NCBI GenBank assembly: GCA_004431415.1
Contig: QPMI01000166.1
Location: 106,042-170,041, forward strand
Length of the DNA stretch: 64,000 nt
Direction of reading: 5' to 3'
Source of the DNA: Cyanophora paradoxa CCMP329
Taxonomy: Eukaryota > Plantae > Glaucophyta
A model generated the notes under the pieces. It ran no database searches and had not been told where the DNA came from. It saw only the letters and a list, made by a program, of their open reading frames with translations. How positions within the stretch are numbered: position 1 is the first letter of the stretch; every line of letters begins with the position of its first letter. Made by a program: the position numbers and the translations under genes. This document shows positions 43,831 to 56,500 of this stretch, piece after piece.

Positions 43831-46800
43831 ATGCGGGAAACCCTAGCGCTCGAGTTCGGGCCCGGCGAGCGGCTGGTCGAGCTCGTCGGGCACGCGGGAG
43901 ATGATCCGAACGTCGGCGCTCACCCGCCCCCGTTCGCGGGATCCATTTCGTACCTCGTGCCCACTGGCGGCGCTCCGCAGCAGCGCCAGCTTATCTGGTG
44001 CGTGCTCTGTTGCGAAAGCAGCTCCCAGCGTCACCCAATCGCCCGCCAAACCCGCCTTTCGCACAGGCGAGTCGATGGGCCCTCGGTCGCTCTCCACGAG
44101 ACCGCGCTGCTCGCCGACCTGAGCGAGGCGGCGCTCACGATGACCCTGCCTCGTCTGGCCCGCGGCCACATCTGCTCCGTGGACGCCTACAAGACCGATC
44201 ACGCCGTGGTCCTCTGCATCCTCGCGCCAACCCGGAGTCTCTTCCGCGTGGAGCTGCCACTCCCGCGGGATCCCGCACATGTCCGCCGAGCTCGCCGCCC
44301 GCCCGCCTGCCGCCCAGTCTGACCGGCGCCGCGCCAGGCCGGTGCCTCGGTGCTCGCTGGCTCCGTGCGGGACCTGGCGGCGCGGGTGCAGCACCGCGCG
44401 CTGAACGTGCCCCGCGGAGCGCGCGCGACGTGCCTCTCCGCCACCGACTTCGGGGCCGTCGTCGGCCTCTCGACCGGCGCCGCCCTCTGCGTCGACGCCG
44501 CCGGTCACCCGCCCGCCGCGCCGCCCCCGCGCGCCGCCCACGCCCCGCGCCGCAGGAAGCACGCAGACGACGCTGTACGACAGCGGCGGCCAGCGGCTCT
44601 GGTCGGGCCTCCTCTCCTCGATCTCGCGGTGCGCCTCTGCGCCGCGCCGGCGGCGCGTGCTGCGGGGGCCGAGACCGAGGCCGAGCGGGCCGGGGGGCGG
44701 CAGGGCGCCGGCGTCGCCGGTGACGAGCGTGTCGGCGCTGGCGGGGGGCCGGATCGCGGCGGTGGTGCACGGGAACGGGCGCCTGCGCGTCTGGTCCCTC
44801 CTCTCCGCCGCCGTCCTCGCCTCCACCGACCTCGCCCCCGCCGGCCCCCACGCCTCCGGCCCGCCCCCGCCCCCCCCCCCCCCCCCCCCGCCTCTCACCC
44901 CCGCCCGCAGAGGGCCGCTACCGCGTCAAGCTGTACCCCCCGCTGGAGCGCGGCGGCAACTCGACCCTGCTCGTCTCCGTCCCGCACCCCATCCTCCCCG
45001 CCTCCTCCGTTCGCCCCCTCGAGCCCCGCCCCGCGCCGCCCAGCGCCGCCCCGCGGCGAGCCTCTGCGCAGGAGGCGGCGTCGTTCCGGGTGTACGCGGT
45101 GCCCCCCGAGGACGTGGAGGCCCACGACACGCCCATCGTCCTCACCCTCGTCGCCGCCGCCGAGCTCGAGGTCCCCCCGGTGCGCCGTACCCCTCGCCGC
45201 GCTGTCTCGCGCCCCCCCGCGACTCGCTCGCGCGGGCAGGCCTCGCTGGTGGACTTTGCGATCGCGGGGGAGCGCCTGTGGGCCCTCTGGAGCGCCGACC
45301 GCGAGGGCCAGCCCGCCGTCCAGCTCGCCTCCCTGCCCCTCCCCGGTCCGCCCCGCCGCCCCCCCGCCCCGCGCCCCCCCGGCGTCCGACCCCCGTGCCC
45401 CCCAGCGGAGAGCGAGTTCGAGGAGGAGGCCGCGCAAGACGCGCCGAACGCGGACGCGTCGGAGGAGGGGCCGGGGACGCCCGCCGTGGTGCTCAGCTGC
45501 TGGCTCGAGGCCCGCACCCTCGCCGACGACGAGGCGGAGGCCCGCGCCGCCGACCCCGCCCCGGACGCCCCGCCCGCCCGCTCCGCCGCCGAGGCCGAGG
45601 AGCGGTACGCCCCGCGCGCCTTCGCCCCCGGCCGCTTCCTCCTCGCCGCCCTGCGCGCCTCCCTCCCCCCCGCCGCCGCCCCCGCCGAGGGCCACACCCT
45701 CGGCGCCCTCCGCGAGGCCGCCGCCGCCGCCCTGCGCGCCGAGGCCGCCGCCGGCCACCCCGCGAGCGCCGAGGCGGCGGCGGCGGCCGTCGAGGCGCGC
45801 TGGCGCTCGGTGCTGGCGCGCTGCGCGGCGGCGCAGCGGGCGGCGCTCGTGCCGGCGGGCTCGCCGCCGGCCCCGCCTCGCCGGCCGTGCTCGCCGTGTA
45901 CCGCGGCTGCGCGGCGCTCGTGCGCGGCCTCACCCGCCCCGAGGCGCTCCTCCTCCCCGCCGCCCGCGCCGCCCTCGCCTGGCCGGCCGAGCACCGCGCG
46001 GCGGCGGGGACGCCGGGGCGGCCCCCCTGCACCCGCACAGCGACGAGGCGCGGCTGCTGCGGGCGGCGGACCTGCTGGCGGAGGCGGTGGGGGGGCGGCG
46101 CTGGACGACCTGGAGGCCTGCACGCCGCAGAGCGACCTCGAGATGGGGCCGCCGTGCGCGCCGCGCTGGACCCCGTCATGGGCTACGCCGCGCCCCGCCC
46201 GGGCTCCTCCAGCGACGGGCCGGCCCGCGCCCAGCTCGCCGCCGTGCGGCAGCCCGTCCCCGCCCTCCGCCGCCTCGCGGAGGCCCTCCCGCCCCCGGAC
46301 CTCAACGTGCCGTACCCGCCCAGCCCCGCCCCCGTCGGCGCCGCCGGGCACGCCCTCGTCGGCGCCGCCGCCGCCCAGAGCGTCGCCGCCGGCGCCCGCC
46401 TCGCCACGCGCCTCGCCCTCCTCGCCTCCTACGCCTTCCGCTCGCGGGCCGCGCCGCCGCCGCCGCCGCCGGGCGGGCGCCGGCGGTCTGGGGCGTGCCG
46501 CACGTGCAGCTCTCGGCCGACGAGCTCAAGGAGCTGGCGAGGCGTGCCTGCCGCGCATCCTCGCCCGCGCCCGCGCCTACCTCGCCCTCCTCGCCCTCGC
46601 CCGGACGCCCCTGCCGGCCCCCTCCGCCCGCGGCGCTGACGCCCTCTCCGGCCTCTCCCTCTCCGAGGGGGCCCCCGCCAGCGCCCTCGCCGCCTGCGTG
46701 CCGGCCGCCGCCGGGACGCCACGGGCCGCGTGGCGGCGGCGGGGCTCGAGGCGTGGCGCGTGCTGCCCCGGGCGGCGGCGGCCGTGCTGGAGCGCCTCTG

Positions 46801-49188
46801 GCCGGCCGCCGGGGACGCCGAGCGCGACGGCCTCGCCCTCCGCATCGTCGCCGAGCGCCTCCACGCCTGCGGCCTCCCGCCGCCGCCCTCGCCTGGCTGC
46901 GCGGCGCCGCCGGCCCCGCCGCCCTCACCACCCGCCTCGAGGCGCGCGCGCTGGCGGCGCTGGGGCGCGCCGAGGAGGCGTGCACGGCGTACCTCGCCGC
47001 CGCCTCCGCCGCGAAGCGCGCCGCCGCCGGCGGCGAGGCGATGGACATCGACGGCGCCTCCAGCCGCCGGGCCGTCGAGGCGCGCTGCAGCCGCCCCTGC
47101 GTCGTCCCCGCGCCCCCTGCTCGGGCTGAGGCGGGCGGGCGGGGGCAGGTGCTGGTGGAGTGCTCGCGGGCGATGGAGGAGGCGGGGCGGCCGGACCTCG
47201 TCGTCCGCGCCGCCTACGCCGCCCTGCCCCAGTCGGGCCCCGAGCTCGCCGCCCGCTGGTGGGTCCGCATCTTCAGGTTCAGCGTCGAGAACAAGCGCGC
47301 CGGCCCCTCGCCTCCCGCCCCGGCGCCGCGCGCCTGCTGAGGGGGCGGCAGGGCGTGGGACGAGGCGTACGCGGCGCTGCTGCCGCTGCCGGCGAGCGGC
47401 CTCGTCGAGGCCGCCGACGGCGAGCGCATCCAGTGCGCCCCGCCAGACGCCCCGCCCCGCCTCTCCGCCTCTCACCCGGCGGCGGCAGCCGGCGCGACTG
47501 CGTGCGGCTGCTCGTCGAGGGGGCCTGGCGGGCCCGCGAGGGGGCCCGCCTCTGCGCCCTGCCCCGCCTCGCGGCGCCGGGGACGAGCAGTCGATCTGGG
47601 AGGAGGTGGAGGCGGTGGTCGGGGAGAAGGCGCGCGCCATGGACGGGGCGGCGCTGCGGGAGCAGGCCCTCACCTACTACCACCTCGCCTTCTCCCTCGC
47701 CGTCACCTCCCGCGACTACCGCCGCGGCCCGCCCCGCCCCGCCCCGCCCGCGCCGCCGCCGCCGCCGCGCGCTGAGGCTGGCGCGCAGCGGCGGAGGCGA
47801 TGGCGGACTACGCGCACCGCATGGCCTCCGAGTCCCCCGCCGACTCCCTGCCCCTCCTCCAGCGCCAGGTCCCCCAGCCGCCCGCCCCCGCTCCTCCTCC
47901 CGCCTCACGCGCCCCAGGTCGAGGCGCTCGCGGCCGCCTGCCACGCCCTCGCCCTCGTCCAGGAGCCCTTCCAGTGGGTCTCCGCCCCCCGCGCCGCCCT
48001 CAAGGCCCGCCCCCCGCCCCCTTCCCGATTCCCCCGCCAGCCTCCGCCTCACGCCCGCCCAGAAGCAGCAGCAGCAGGCGGCGGCGGCGGCGGCGGCGGC
48101 GGGCGGCCCCTCGGGCGCGTACACGCCGCAGTCCCCCAAGCGCCGCTGGGACGGCTCCCGGGTGCGCCTCTGCCGCTCGCTTCTCCAGCGGCGAGGGGCG
48201 GCTGAGGCGCACCGGGGCCAGGCGGTGCCGGTGGGGGGCCCCGGGGCGGGGGAGGAGGCGCTGGAGCTCCCCCCAGTGCGGACGCTGGCGGACCTGCAGC
48301 GCGCCTACGCCGTGGCCGCCGCGCGCCTGGCGCTCGGCCGGCGCGACGCGGCGCTGCTGCCGCTGGCGGCGGGGATGGGCGGCGACGAGCTCGCGCGCCT
48401 CCTCGTGCGGGCCGGCGAGTGCAGCCACGCCCTCCGCCTCGCCGACGCGTGCGGCCTCAAGGCGCGCCCCCGGCCCCGCCCCCCTCGCCCCCGCGCGTCT
48501 GAGGGCGCGCAGGCGGAGCGGCTGGCGGTGGCGCTGGCGGACGCGGCGCTGGCGGCGCCGGCGCAGCCCGAGGCGGCCGTGCAGCCCGAGGAGGCCCTGC
48601 GCGCCCTCCTTGAGCGCCGCGACGGGCCGGCCGCCGGCTGGGCCGCCCACCTCGCCGCCGCCCAGCGCTTCCTGCAGGCCCCGCGGCCCCGGGGGCGGGC
48701 GCGGCAGCCGCCGCTCTGGCTCGCCCGCGCCCTCAAGGGCTCTTCCGGCGAGTTCGCGGGGCCCGCCGGCGACGCCGCCGGCCTGGTGCCCCCGGCCCCG
48801 CCCCGCCTCCCCCGCGCCCTCCCCGACCTCCCTCGCAGATCCGGGAGTACGTGAAGCGCGGCGCGCTGGAGGAGGCCGCGCTCGCCGCCATCGAGGTCCT
48901 CGAGGTCCGTACCCCCCGTGCCCCGGCGTGCCCCCTCCTCCCCTCACGCGCGCGCAGCGGCGGGAGATCGTGCGGGAGGAGGCGGGGTACCGGGACCGCG
49001 TGGCGAGCGCGTGGCTGCCGTACGCGGTGCTCGACCAGCTGCGCGAGCAGCTGCGGGCGGCCGCGGCGGGGCCGGGGCCGGCGGGGCGGCTCGGGGAGTG
49101 GCTGGAGCGGCTGGAGGCGCTGCTGCGGGCCCACGGCGAGCACGCCGCCCTCGTCTCCCGCGCCCTCGAGCGCTCCGCCGCCGCCTGA
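43831..49188 (+). CDS. NUP160: Nucleoporin Nup160 (beta-propeller plus helical solenoid), divergent
   Basis: GRLRVWSL, LVDFAIAGERLWALW, WVRIFRFSVE...WDEAYAALL, RDCVRLLV, YYHLAFSLAVTSRDYRRAAEAMADYAHRM, AACHALALVQEPFQW, TLADLQRAY, PLWL, WLPYAVLDQL. Confidence 0.82.
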
Positions 49189-49655
49189 GGCCCCGCCCCG
49201 CCCCCGCCCGCCTGCCCCTGGGCACTCGGCAGTCACGAGTGAAGTTGCAGTTCAAAATGAACTTGGCATGCGCATGCCAGCGCGGCCCGCGGCCGCGGTA
49301 AACGTATTCGTGGTTCACCGTTCATGCATTCAAGATTGCGCGCGTAAGCGCCGTACTGGTAACCGCGCGTTCAACAACGTGGAAATTGTGGAAATTGCAT
49401 GTGCATCGTCGGAAATTTCAAGGTTGGCGACTCGGCGACGGTTCGAGGAGCGCGCTCAGTGCTCGTAGAAACGAGCGCCCGCAAGCCCCGCATCGCCGCC
49501 AGGTGCCGGCGAGTCGGCAGCGACGCACAAACTTCGAATCGAACTTTATTGCGCACTTTGGGGGGTACGTCATCACCAGAGTTCGACGTCCAGACGTTTA
49601 CTGCGTGGGCCTTGCCCCGTCTTCCCCCGCGTCCCAGGTCAGTGATAAGTCGCGC

Positions 49656-52541
49656 ATGGGCGTATTCCTTTCTAAGTCTAAGAACCAACAACCACAGCAG
49701 CATCAGGCTCCCTCGCCAGTCTCGCAAACCTCACAGCCCGCAGCTGCCCAAATGACCCACCCCGCTGCAGTCCCGACCAGCCCGAAGAGCATGAAGCTCC
49801 TGATTATCGGTGCGCGCTGCTTTCGGACGCTCCGCGCGATGCTGTGTGTGACGTGGTTCTGCGTACAGGCGGCGTGGCCGGTGGCGCGACGGCATCTGCT
49901 CGTGCGAGGCGTGTTAATGAAGCCGCCGGTGCGTACCGATGCACTCGAAGCCCGCTGGCGCGCCCGAATGCCAAATACTTAAATGCCGACTCGCGGGGCC
50001 GGCCACCGCAGAAATCACTATTCTCGAGCGCGGCGGCTACGTTTCGTTCGCGAACTGCGGCCTGCCGTACTACATTTCCGGTGACATCAAGAGCCGCGAC
50101 AAGCTCCTGCTGCAGAACCCGCAGGTGAGCCCGGCCGCGGCGCAGATCGCTGCGCCGCGGTCGGGGCTGAGCGCGGAGGCGGCGCAGGGCTTCAAGGAGC
50201 GCTACAACGTGGACGTGAAGGTCCGCTCGGAGGCGGTGCAGATCGACCGCGAGAAGAAGGTGGTCGTCGTCAAGAACATGGACACGGGCGCCACGCACGA
50301 GGAGCGCTACGACAAGCTCATCCTCTCCCAGGGCGCCGTGCGCTCCCGGGCCGCGCCCCGTTCCTCCGCGGCAGCGGCGGCTGATGGCGCGGCAGGCGCC
50401 CATCGTGCCCGAGCTCCCGGGCTCCAAGTCCCCCCACTGCTTCACCATCCGCGACCTCGGTGCGCGCCCCGCGCCCCCGAGCGCCGCTTGCGCGCTCTGC
50501 CGCGCCGGCGTCCGCTGACCGCCCCCGACAGACGACACGGACCGCATCCAGGCGTTCCTGAACCAGAACACGGCCAAGACGGGCGTCATCGTCGGCGGCG
50601 GCTTCATCGGTGCGGCCTCGGTGCGAGGCGGAGCTCGGGGCCTCGGCTGAGGCTTTGTGGCAGGCGTGGAGATGGCGGAGGCGCTGGTGGCGCGGGGCGT
50701 GAAGACGACGCTGCTCGAGAAGGCGGCCGGCGTCCTCTCCGCCGTCCTCGACGAGGAGTACTCCGCCCTCTGCGGCCAGGCCCGCCCCCCTCGCCCCCGC
50801 CCCCGCCCCCGCTCACGCCGGCGCAGGTGATGCAGTCGCACGGGGTGACGCTGCTGACGGGCGCCTCGATCGCGTCGGTCGACGCGGCGGCGAAGACGGT
50901 CTCCCTCGAGGACGGGCGCACCATCCCCGCCGACATCGTCATCTTCTCGATCGGCATCCGGCCGGAGGTGCTGATGGCGAAGGCGGCGGGGCTGGAGATG
51001 GGCAAGTCGGGGGCCATCCTCGTCAACGACCTCCTCCAGACCTCCGACCCCGACATCTACGCCGTCGGCGACATGGCCCGCCCCCCCGCCCCGCCCCGCG
51101 GCCGCCCGCCCCGCCCCCGCGCTCCCCTCACCTTCGCCTGCTCGCGCGCGCAGGCGGAGATCACGCACCGCGTGACCGGCAAGAAGGTCCGCATCCCCCT
51201 CGGCGGCCCCGCCAACCGCCAGGTCCGCCCCGCCCCCGCCCGCCCCTCCGCGCGCCGCCGCCGGCTCGGTGCTGAAGGCGGCGGGCTCGCGCAGGGGCGC
51301 ATCGCCGGCAACAACGCGGCGGGCGGGCACATGGTCTACAAGGGCGCGCTCGGCTCGTGGGTCGTCAAGTGCTTCGACCACACGGCCGGCGCGACGGGCC
51401 TGACGGAGAACATGTGCAAGGCCAACCAGATCGACTACGGGAGCTCCACCGTGCACCTCAACCACCAGTGCGCCCGCCGGCCCCCGCCCCACGGCGCCGG
51501 CCGACGAGCGCCCCGTCGGGGCCGCGCAGCGCGGGGTACTACCCGGGGGCGGAGATGCTGCAGCTGAAGCTCATCTACCAGAGGAGCACGGGCCTCGTGC
51601 TGGGCTGCGAGGCCTTCGGCAAGGTGCGGGGAGGGCGCGTGGCGGCGCGCGGGGCGGCGGGCCGGGGCCGAGGCGGCGGGGCGCAGGAGGGGATCGACAA
51701 GCGGGTGGACGTGGTCGCGACGGCCATCGCCGGCAAGCTCACCCTCGAGGACCTCGAGGAGTGCGCCGTACCCCCGCCCCACCCCCGCCAGGAGCGCGCG
51801 GCTCTCAGCTCGAGCCTCACCCCGCCCCCCGCGCCGCCGCAGGCTGGACCTCTCGTACGCGCCGCCCTACAGCAGCGCCAACGACCCCGTCAACGTCGGT
51901 GCGCCCGCCTCCCGCGCCCCCGCCCCGCAGTCCCTCCCGCCCCGCCCGAGGCGGCCCCTGACGCCGCGCCGCAGCGTCGTTCGTGGCGAGCAACGCGCGG
52001 AGCGGGTACAGCCCCTCGATCAGCGTCGCCGAGCTCGTCACGATGCTCAACGACGACAAGGGTCCGCCCGCTGGGTTGCCGCCCCGCCCCGCCCCGCCCC
52101 GCGCCGACGCCGCGCGCAGTCCAGATCATCGACGTCCGCGGCCCCGGCGAGTGGGAGGGCGGCCACATCGACGTGCGCCCCCCCAAGCGCGCGTGCGACG
52201 ACAAGCCCGGGCCGGCGGCTGATGCGGGAGGGGGCGCGCGCAGGCGAAGAACGTGGCGCTGATCCCGCTGCCGAACCTGCGCGCCCGCCTCGCCGAGGTG
52301 CCCCGCGACAAGAAGATCGCCCTCCACTGCCGCACCGGTCCGCCCCGCTGCCGCCCAGCGCCCGTCTCCCCCCCGACCCCACCCAACGCCGACCCGACCC
52401 GGCGCCCCTGCCGCAGGCATGCGCTCGCACGTCGCGCTGCGCTGCCTCATGCAGAACGGCATCACCAATGTCGTCAACATCTCCGGCGGCTTCCTCTCCA
52501 TCTCGCAGAACCCTCGCGTGCCCGTCGCCAAGGGCAAGTAG
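49656..52541 (+). CDS. CoA-disulfide/persulfide reductase with C-terminal rhodanese domain (CoADR-RHD/Npsr type), 17 exons
   Basis: LIIGGVAGGATASARARR, VSFANCGLPYY (redox Cys), YDKLILSQGA, VIVGGGFIGVEMAE, TSDPDIYAVGD, LGGPANRQGRIAG, HAGYYPGA, LDLSYAPPYSSANDPVN, IIDVRGPGEWEGGHI, LHCRTGMRS. All 16 introns traced in frame. Confidence 0.95.
50780..50826 (+). other. Example GC-AG intron (47 nt) required to keep the CoADR frame
   Basis: CAG|GCCCGC...GCTCAC...GCGCAG|GTG. A second GC donor intron lies at 51076-51153. Confidence 0.85.
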
Positions 52542-52544
52542 GGA

Positions 52545-53580
52545 CGCGCCCGCCTCTAGCTGTAGCCAGCTATCGAGAGGCAAGTATCAGTACAGGTAGA
52601 TCTAGATGCAGGACTTTAGCAGGCCTGAAGGCCCAGCCTAGTAGGGCAGCCCCAGAGCTGCATATTATTTAATGTCTTAACAAATCTAAACAATTGCCAT
52701 ACAACAGCAGTAGTTTCATAACCGTTCAACACATCTACATGTACAGGGCTGCGCATGCGCAATCGTTCACGTTGCTTGGGGTGCATGTGATCGTGGCCGG
52801 GCGCCGGCGTGCACTTTCATGCGAATGAGAGGAATTGCGGGCGGGATTTGAAATCACCGTGGCACCTCGCGATCGTAAGCAAATCAAACCTAGACACTCT
52901 AGATTAGTTAAATCAACCCCCTGGCCAATTGCAATCAGGCCCGGACCCTCGAGCTCACAATCCGACCCTGTAGCCGTAGCTCAGAGGTTTGCTCGCCGAG
53001 TCGTGATCGACGTTTTTAATTTTATTCGGGGGATAAAGGAAGACAGCTTCAGAAGGGGGGCTACATTTGCAAATTAAAGATAAAGGGCGAGTTAGAGTCA
53101 ACGCTACGCGCGCAACTAGTACTTGGCAAGGCCTAAAGCTACTGGTACTCAAGAAGCCTTTGAAGCTTGCCAGGTCTAACTGAGTCATGATCACTGATAT
53201 CGATGGACATCCGGGATCCGGATCTGTACTACGGTAAACAAATTATGCAATTACAATCACTGCCAGGCTGCGTATATGAATCGATATCGATACGAATGGC
53301 TCCGGCCGCGGGACTCCGGAAACTCGAAAGTAGAAGTTCAACTAGTGTACACGCACGAAAACCTATACGGCGGCGATTCAGGCTCATGCAGCTGCAGCTG
53401 TGTGAAGATTAACTCGGGGCTAATGCATCTATCGCTAGATCTGCGAATTCGCGATCGAACCGTTGAACTGCGCTATCGATATCGCTGCAAGATCCAATGA
53501 TCGATCGCGAGTATGATCTGTAGGGCTGCAACTAGTGCTGTCACGTTGCATATCTAATCCTGCAGCAAAGATGCGATCTC
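52545..53580. other. Lower-GC convergent intergenic region rich in overlapping palindromes
   Basis: AGATCTAGA, ACATGTACA, TGCGCATGCGCA, CAATTGCAA, CTCGAGCTC, ACTAGTACT, TCATGATCA, GGATCCGGATC, ATCGATATCGAT, CAGCTGCAGCTG all within about 1 kb. Confidence 0.85.
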
Positions 53581-53581
53581 C

Positions 53582-56500
53582 TCAGACGTCGTACTGGGGC
53601 GCGACGCTGGCAGGTGCCGTGATGGCGCCGTGGCCAGAAGCACCCGGCTCGGACGTCGCGAAGAGGTCGGCTGTGGACCCGGGGCGCACGCTGACGGTGC
53701 GCGGGCCGTTGAGGGACCCCATCGACGGAGGCGGCATGACCGCGTACTGCGCGCGGGGGGCGACGTACGCGTCGACGTGGACGTCAGACTACCGCGGTGC
53801 CGAAGAAGAGCTTGACGTCGCGGATAGAGTTTTGTAAAAAGCGCACGCGGGCGGCCCGCTCCTGTCCGGCCATGACGGCGACGCGAACTTGCTTGCGAGT
53901 GACGATGAGGGCGGCGGCGACGGCGCCCAGCGCGATGCCAGCGACGCCGACGGGGACGGCTGCAACAGCGTTAATTTGTGGATTCGAATTCGAGAGTACA
54001 ATCATGAATTTTTGAGCAGATGGTCACCGATGGCGACGGCGAGGAGGGTGTTCGAGGTGCCGGCAGTGGCGGTGCTGCGTGCGGCCGAACCGGCGGCAGC
54101 GGACCCGGCGTCCGCGCCCATGGAGGTGCCGAAGTCAATGCCGGCGCCGATGGACTTGGTGGTGGTCGTGGAGGGGGCGTCCGTGGCGCCGATGGGCTTG
54201 ATCGAGACGCAGAAGGTGCGGTCGGTCGGCTCCGTCGACTTCTTGTTTGCGTAGTTTTGCGCTGCGAAAACGATGAGAAATCGAAGCACGGATATCATCG
54301 GAGGATTCACGAGCATCAGCTCACACGGCTGGTACCAGGTTGGCGTAATAGTATTCACAGAGGCAGCGGGCGGGTTCGTGCTCGGCACGCAGCAGCCCAC
54401 CGAGTTGCAGAGCTTGATGCTGTGGGCGTAGCAGTGCGAGGGCTGAATGTTGAACACGGGTGCGTAGTTGCGGGCGCCGATAATGTTTCCGGCGTGCTGC
54501 AAAATCGATATTTTGTCAAATGAATTATCGTCGAATTTTGTCAATAATTTATAACGCGTTCTCGTCGCACCCAGAAGTTCTGATACTTGTCAGGGGCGTA
54601 GCCGTTCGAGCCGCGAATGTAGCGGTAGAGGGTCAGGTTGAACTCTGCGAGAACGCTCACGATTAATATTTGCGAATTCGAATGCCGCAGAGTTCAAAAG
54701 ACGATCAAATCTAGAGCACGCACTGCTGACGTCGGCGCCGCCGGAGTACGTCATGGAGGGCCAGAAGATGAAGGCGTCCTTGAAGCCCATGAGGGAGATG
54801 GCGTAGTCGGTGAAGACCTCGTCCGTGTCGCTGATCAGAGCATCGAGGAACTGCACGTTCTTCACGCTCTGCCCGCCGTACGTCCCTGCGCTGTAGCCGG
54901 CGTAGCTGGCGGAGAGCGGCAGCTGGGCCGGCGGTGCGGGGATGCCGCAGATGGGAGCGACCGCTGTCCGCAGACGTCCGATTGCGAGTCAGCAGCGGAT
55001 CCTGATCAAAGATATCAATAGCGGTATGTCAGACCAGGGACGGTGACGGCGAAGGCATTGGACGCCGCGCCGATCATGCAGTCATCGGTCTCGCCCTTGG
55101 TGCAGGCCGAAATATTGAAGCTGTACGTGAAGCCTGTATATACATGTACCGCAAGATTAACATTAGCGGAGCGAATCAAAGATAAGACTTCGGGGCGCGC
55201 GGGGGACAAACCGGGACACAGGCTCCCAATGAGTGCGGGGTTGCTGGCGGCCGAGGCATCGAGCGCTGCAGGGAAGACGGGGGCTTCGTACAGCGGCGGG
55301 CAGGCGCCGGAGTTGCCCTCTATGGCCACACGGCTGATGTTGTTCACGATGTACTGCGCGGATTGCAATTGTCGGAAGCATTGCAATTAGAAACGCGCTG
55401 AAATTATGTGCACATTAACCAATCGAATTTCGCACCGTGGTCAGAGGGCGACCACCATCGTACGGCGTCGCAAAGGTGGAGAGCGTGGCAGGCGTGCCGA
55501 CGGGCAGCGCGGGGAAGGAGAACTCGCCGGCTGTGATTGACGGCGCCGGCTGGACCTGGAAGGGCGCCACCGCTGCAGATAGAACCATTCGAATTAAAAA
55601 CGCTTCGTTCGGTCATGATCATGATCAAAACGCACGCGCGACCGGTGTCTCGTCCGAGCCCGGCTCGCTGCAGCCGACCTCGTTGCAGGCCTTGACTTGC
55701 ACGGCGTACACGTATCCGGGGCAGAGGAAGCTGAGGGGCAGCGCGTAGTGCGTGGTGCCGGCGACGGCGTCGACGCGCACAGTCTGGTTGAGGAGGATGG
55801 TGCTGCTGCCGCTGGCGAAGGAGCGGACGCCGGCGGAATCGAAATCGCGGAAGGGGCAGTCCTGGATCTCGGCCCGCGGCTGGTTGTTGAACACGTACGT
55901 GAACTTGGCCTCCTTCGTGACGGTCATCTCGTACTGCGCACGTGCGCAATTTGTGTGATTGTGATTAATTGAACAGTGCACACTGACGCAGAGATAGACT
56001 GATGGAATTTTCGCACGTGTGTGACGGTCCCGGTGGTGGGCACGTCCCACTCGATCGTCGCGGGGTAGCCTTCGTCCTGCGACTTGGCGTCAGCACGGGA
56101 GCAGTTCAAGGCAGAGGCCTATAGCTAGCAGGCTGGCGGTGCGGAGCGCGGACCTTGATGAAGCTGCCGCCCGCCACAGCGATCTCCACGTGCTCGGGGA
56201 CGGACGGGATCCTCTGAACGTTGACGTCGACGGATCCGGAACCGGAGCAGGCCACGTCGGCGTCCATGTTCACGGGGTTCACTGCGCAAAACCGAGTTCG
56301 AATCGGCAGAATATATACGCGGCTCATGATCAGCATGTCTCGCACGGAAGCCCCCGCCGTTGGTGTCGGTCCAGCAGTTTTCAGTGGTAAGGGCCACGAC
56401 GTAGTTCTTCACTTGGCCGGAACAAGCAGCGGGGTTGTAGGCGATCGGAGGACCGATGTCACGGATTAGATCATACTTGAGCGTGTACTTGAGCTCATAA

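Noticed and set aside
52970-52995. GTAGCTCAGAGG, tRNA D-arm/A-box-like
   Set aside because: No downstream T-loop or cloverleaf.
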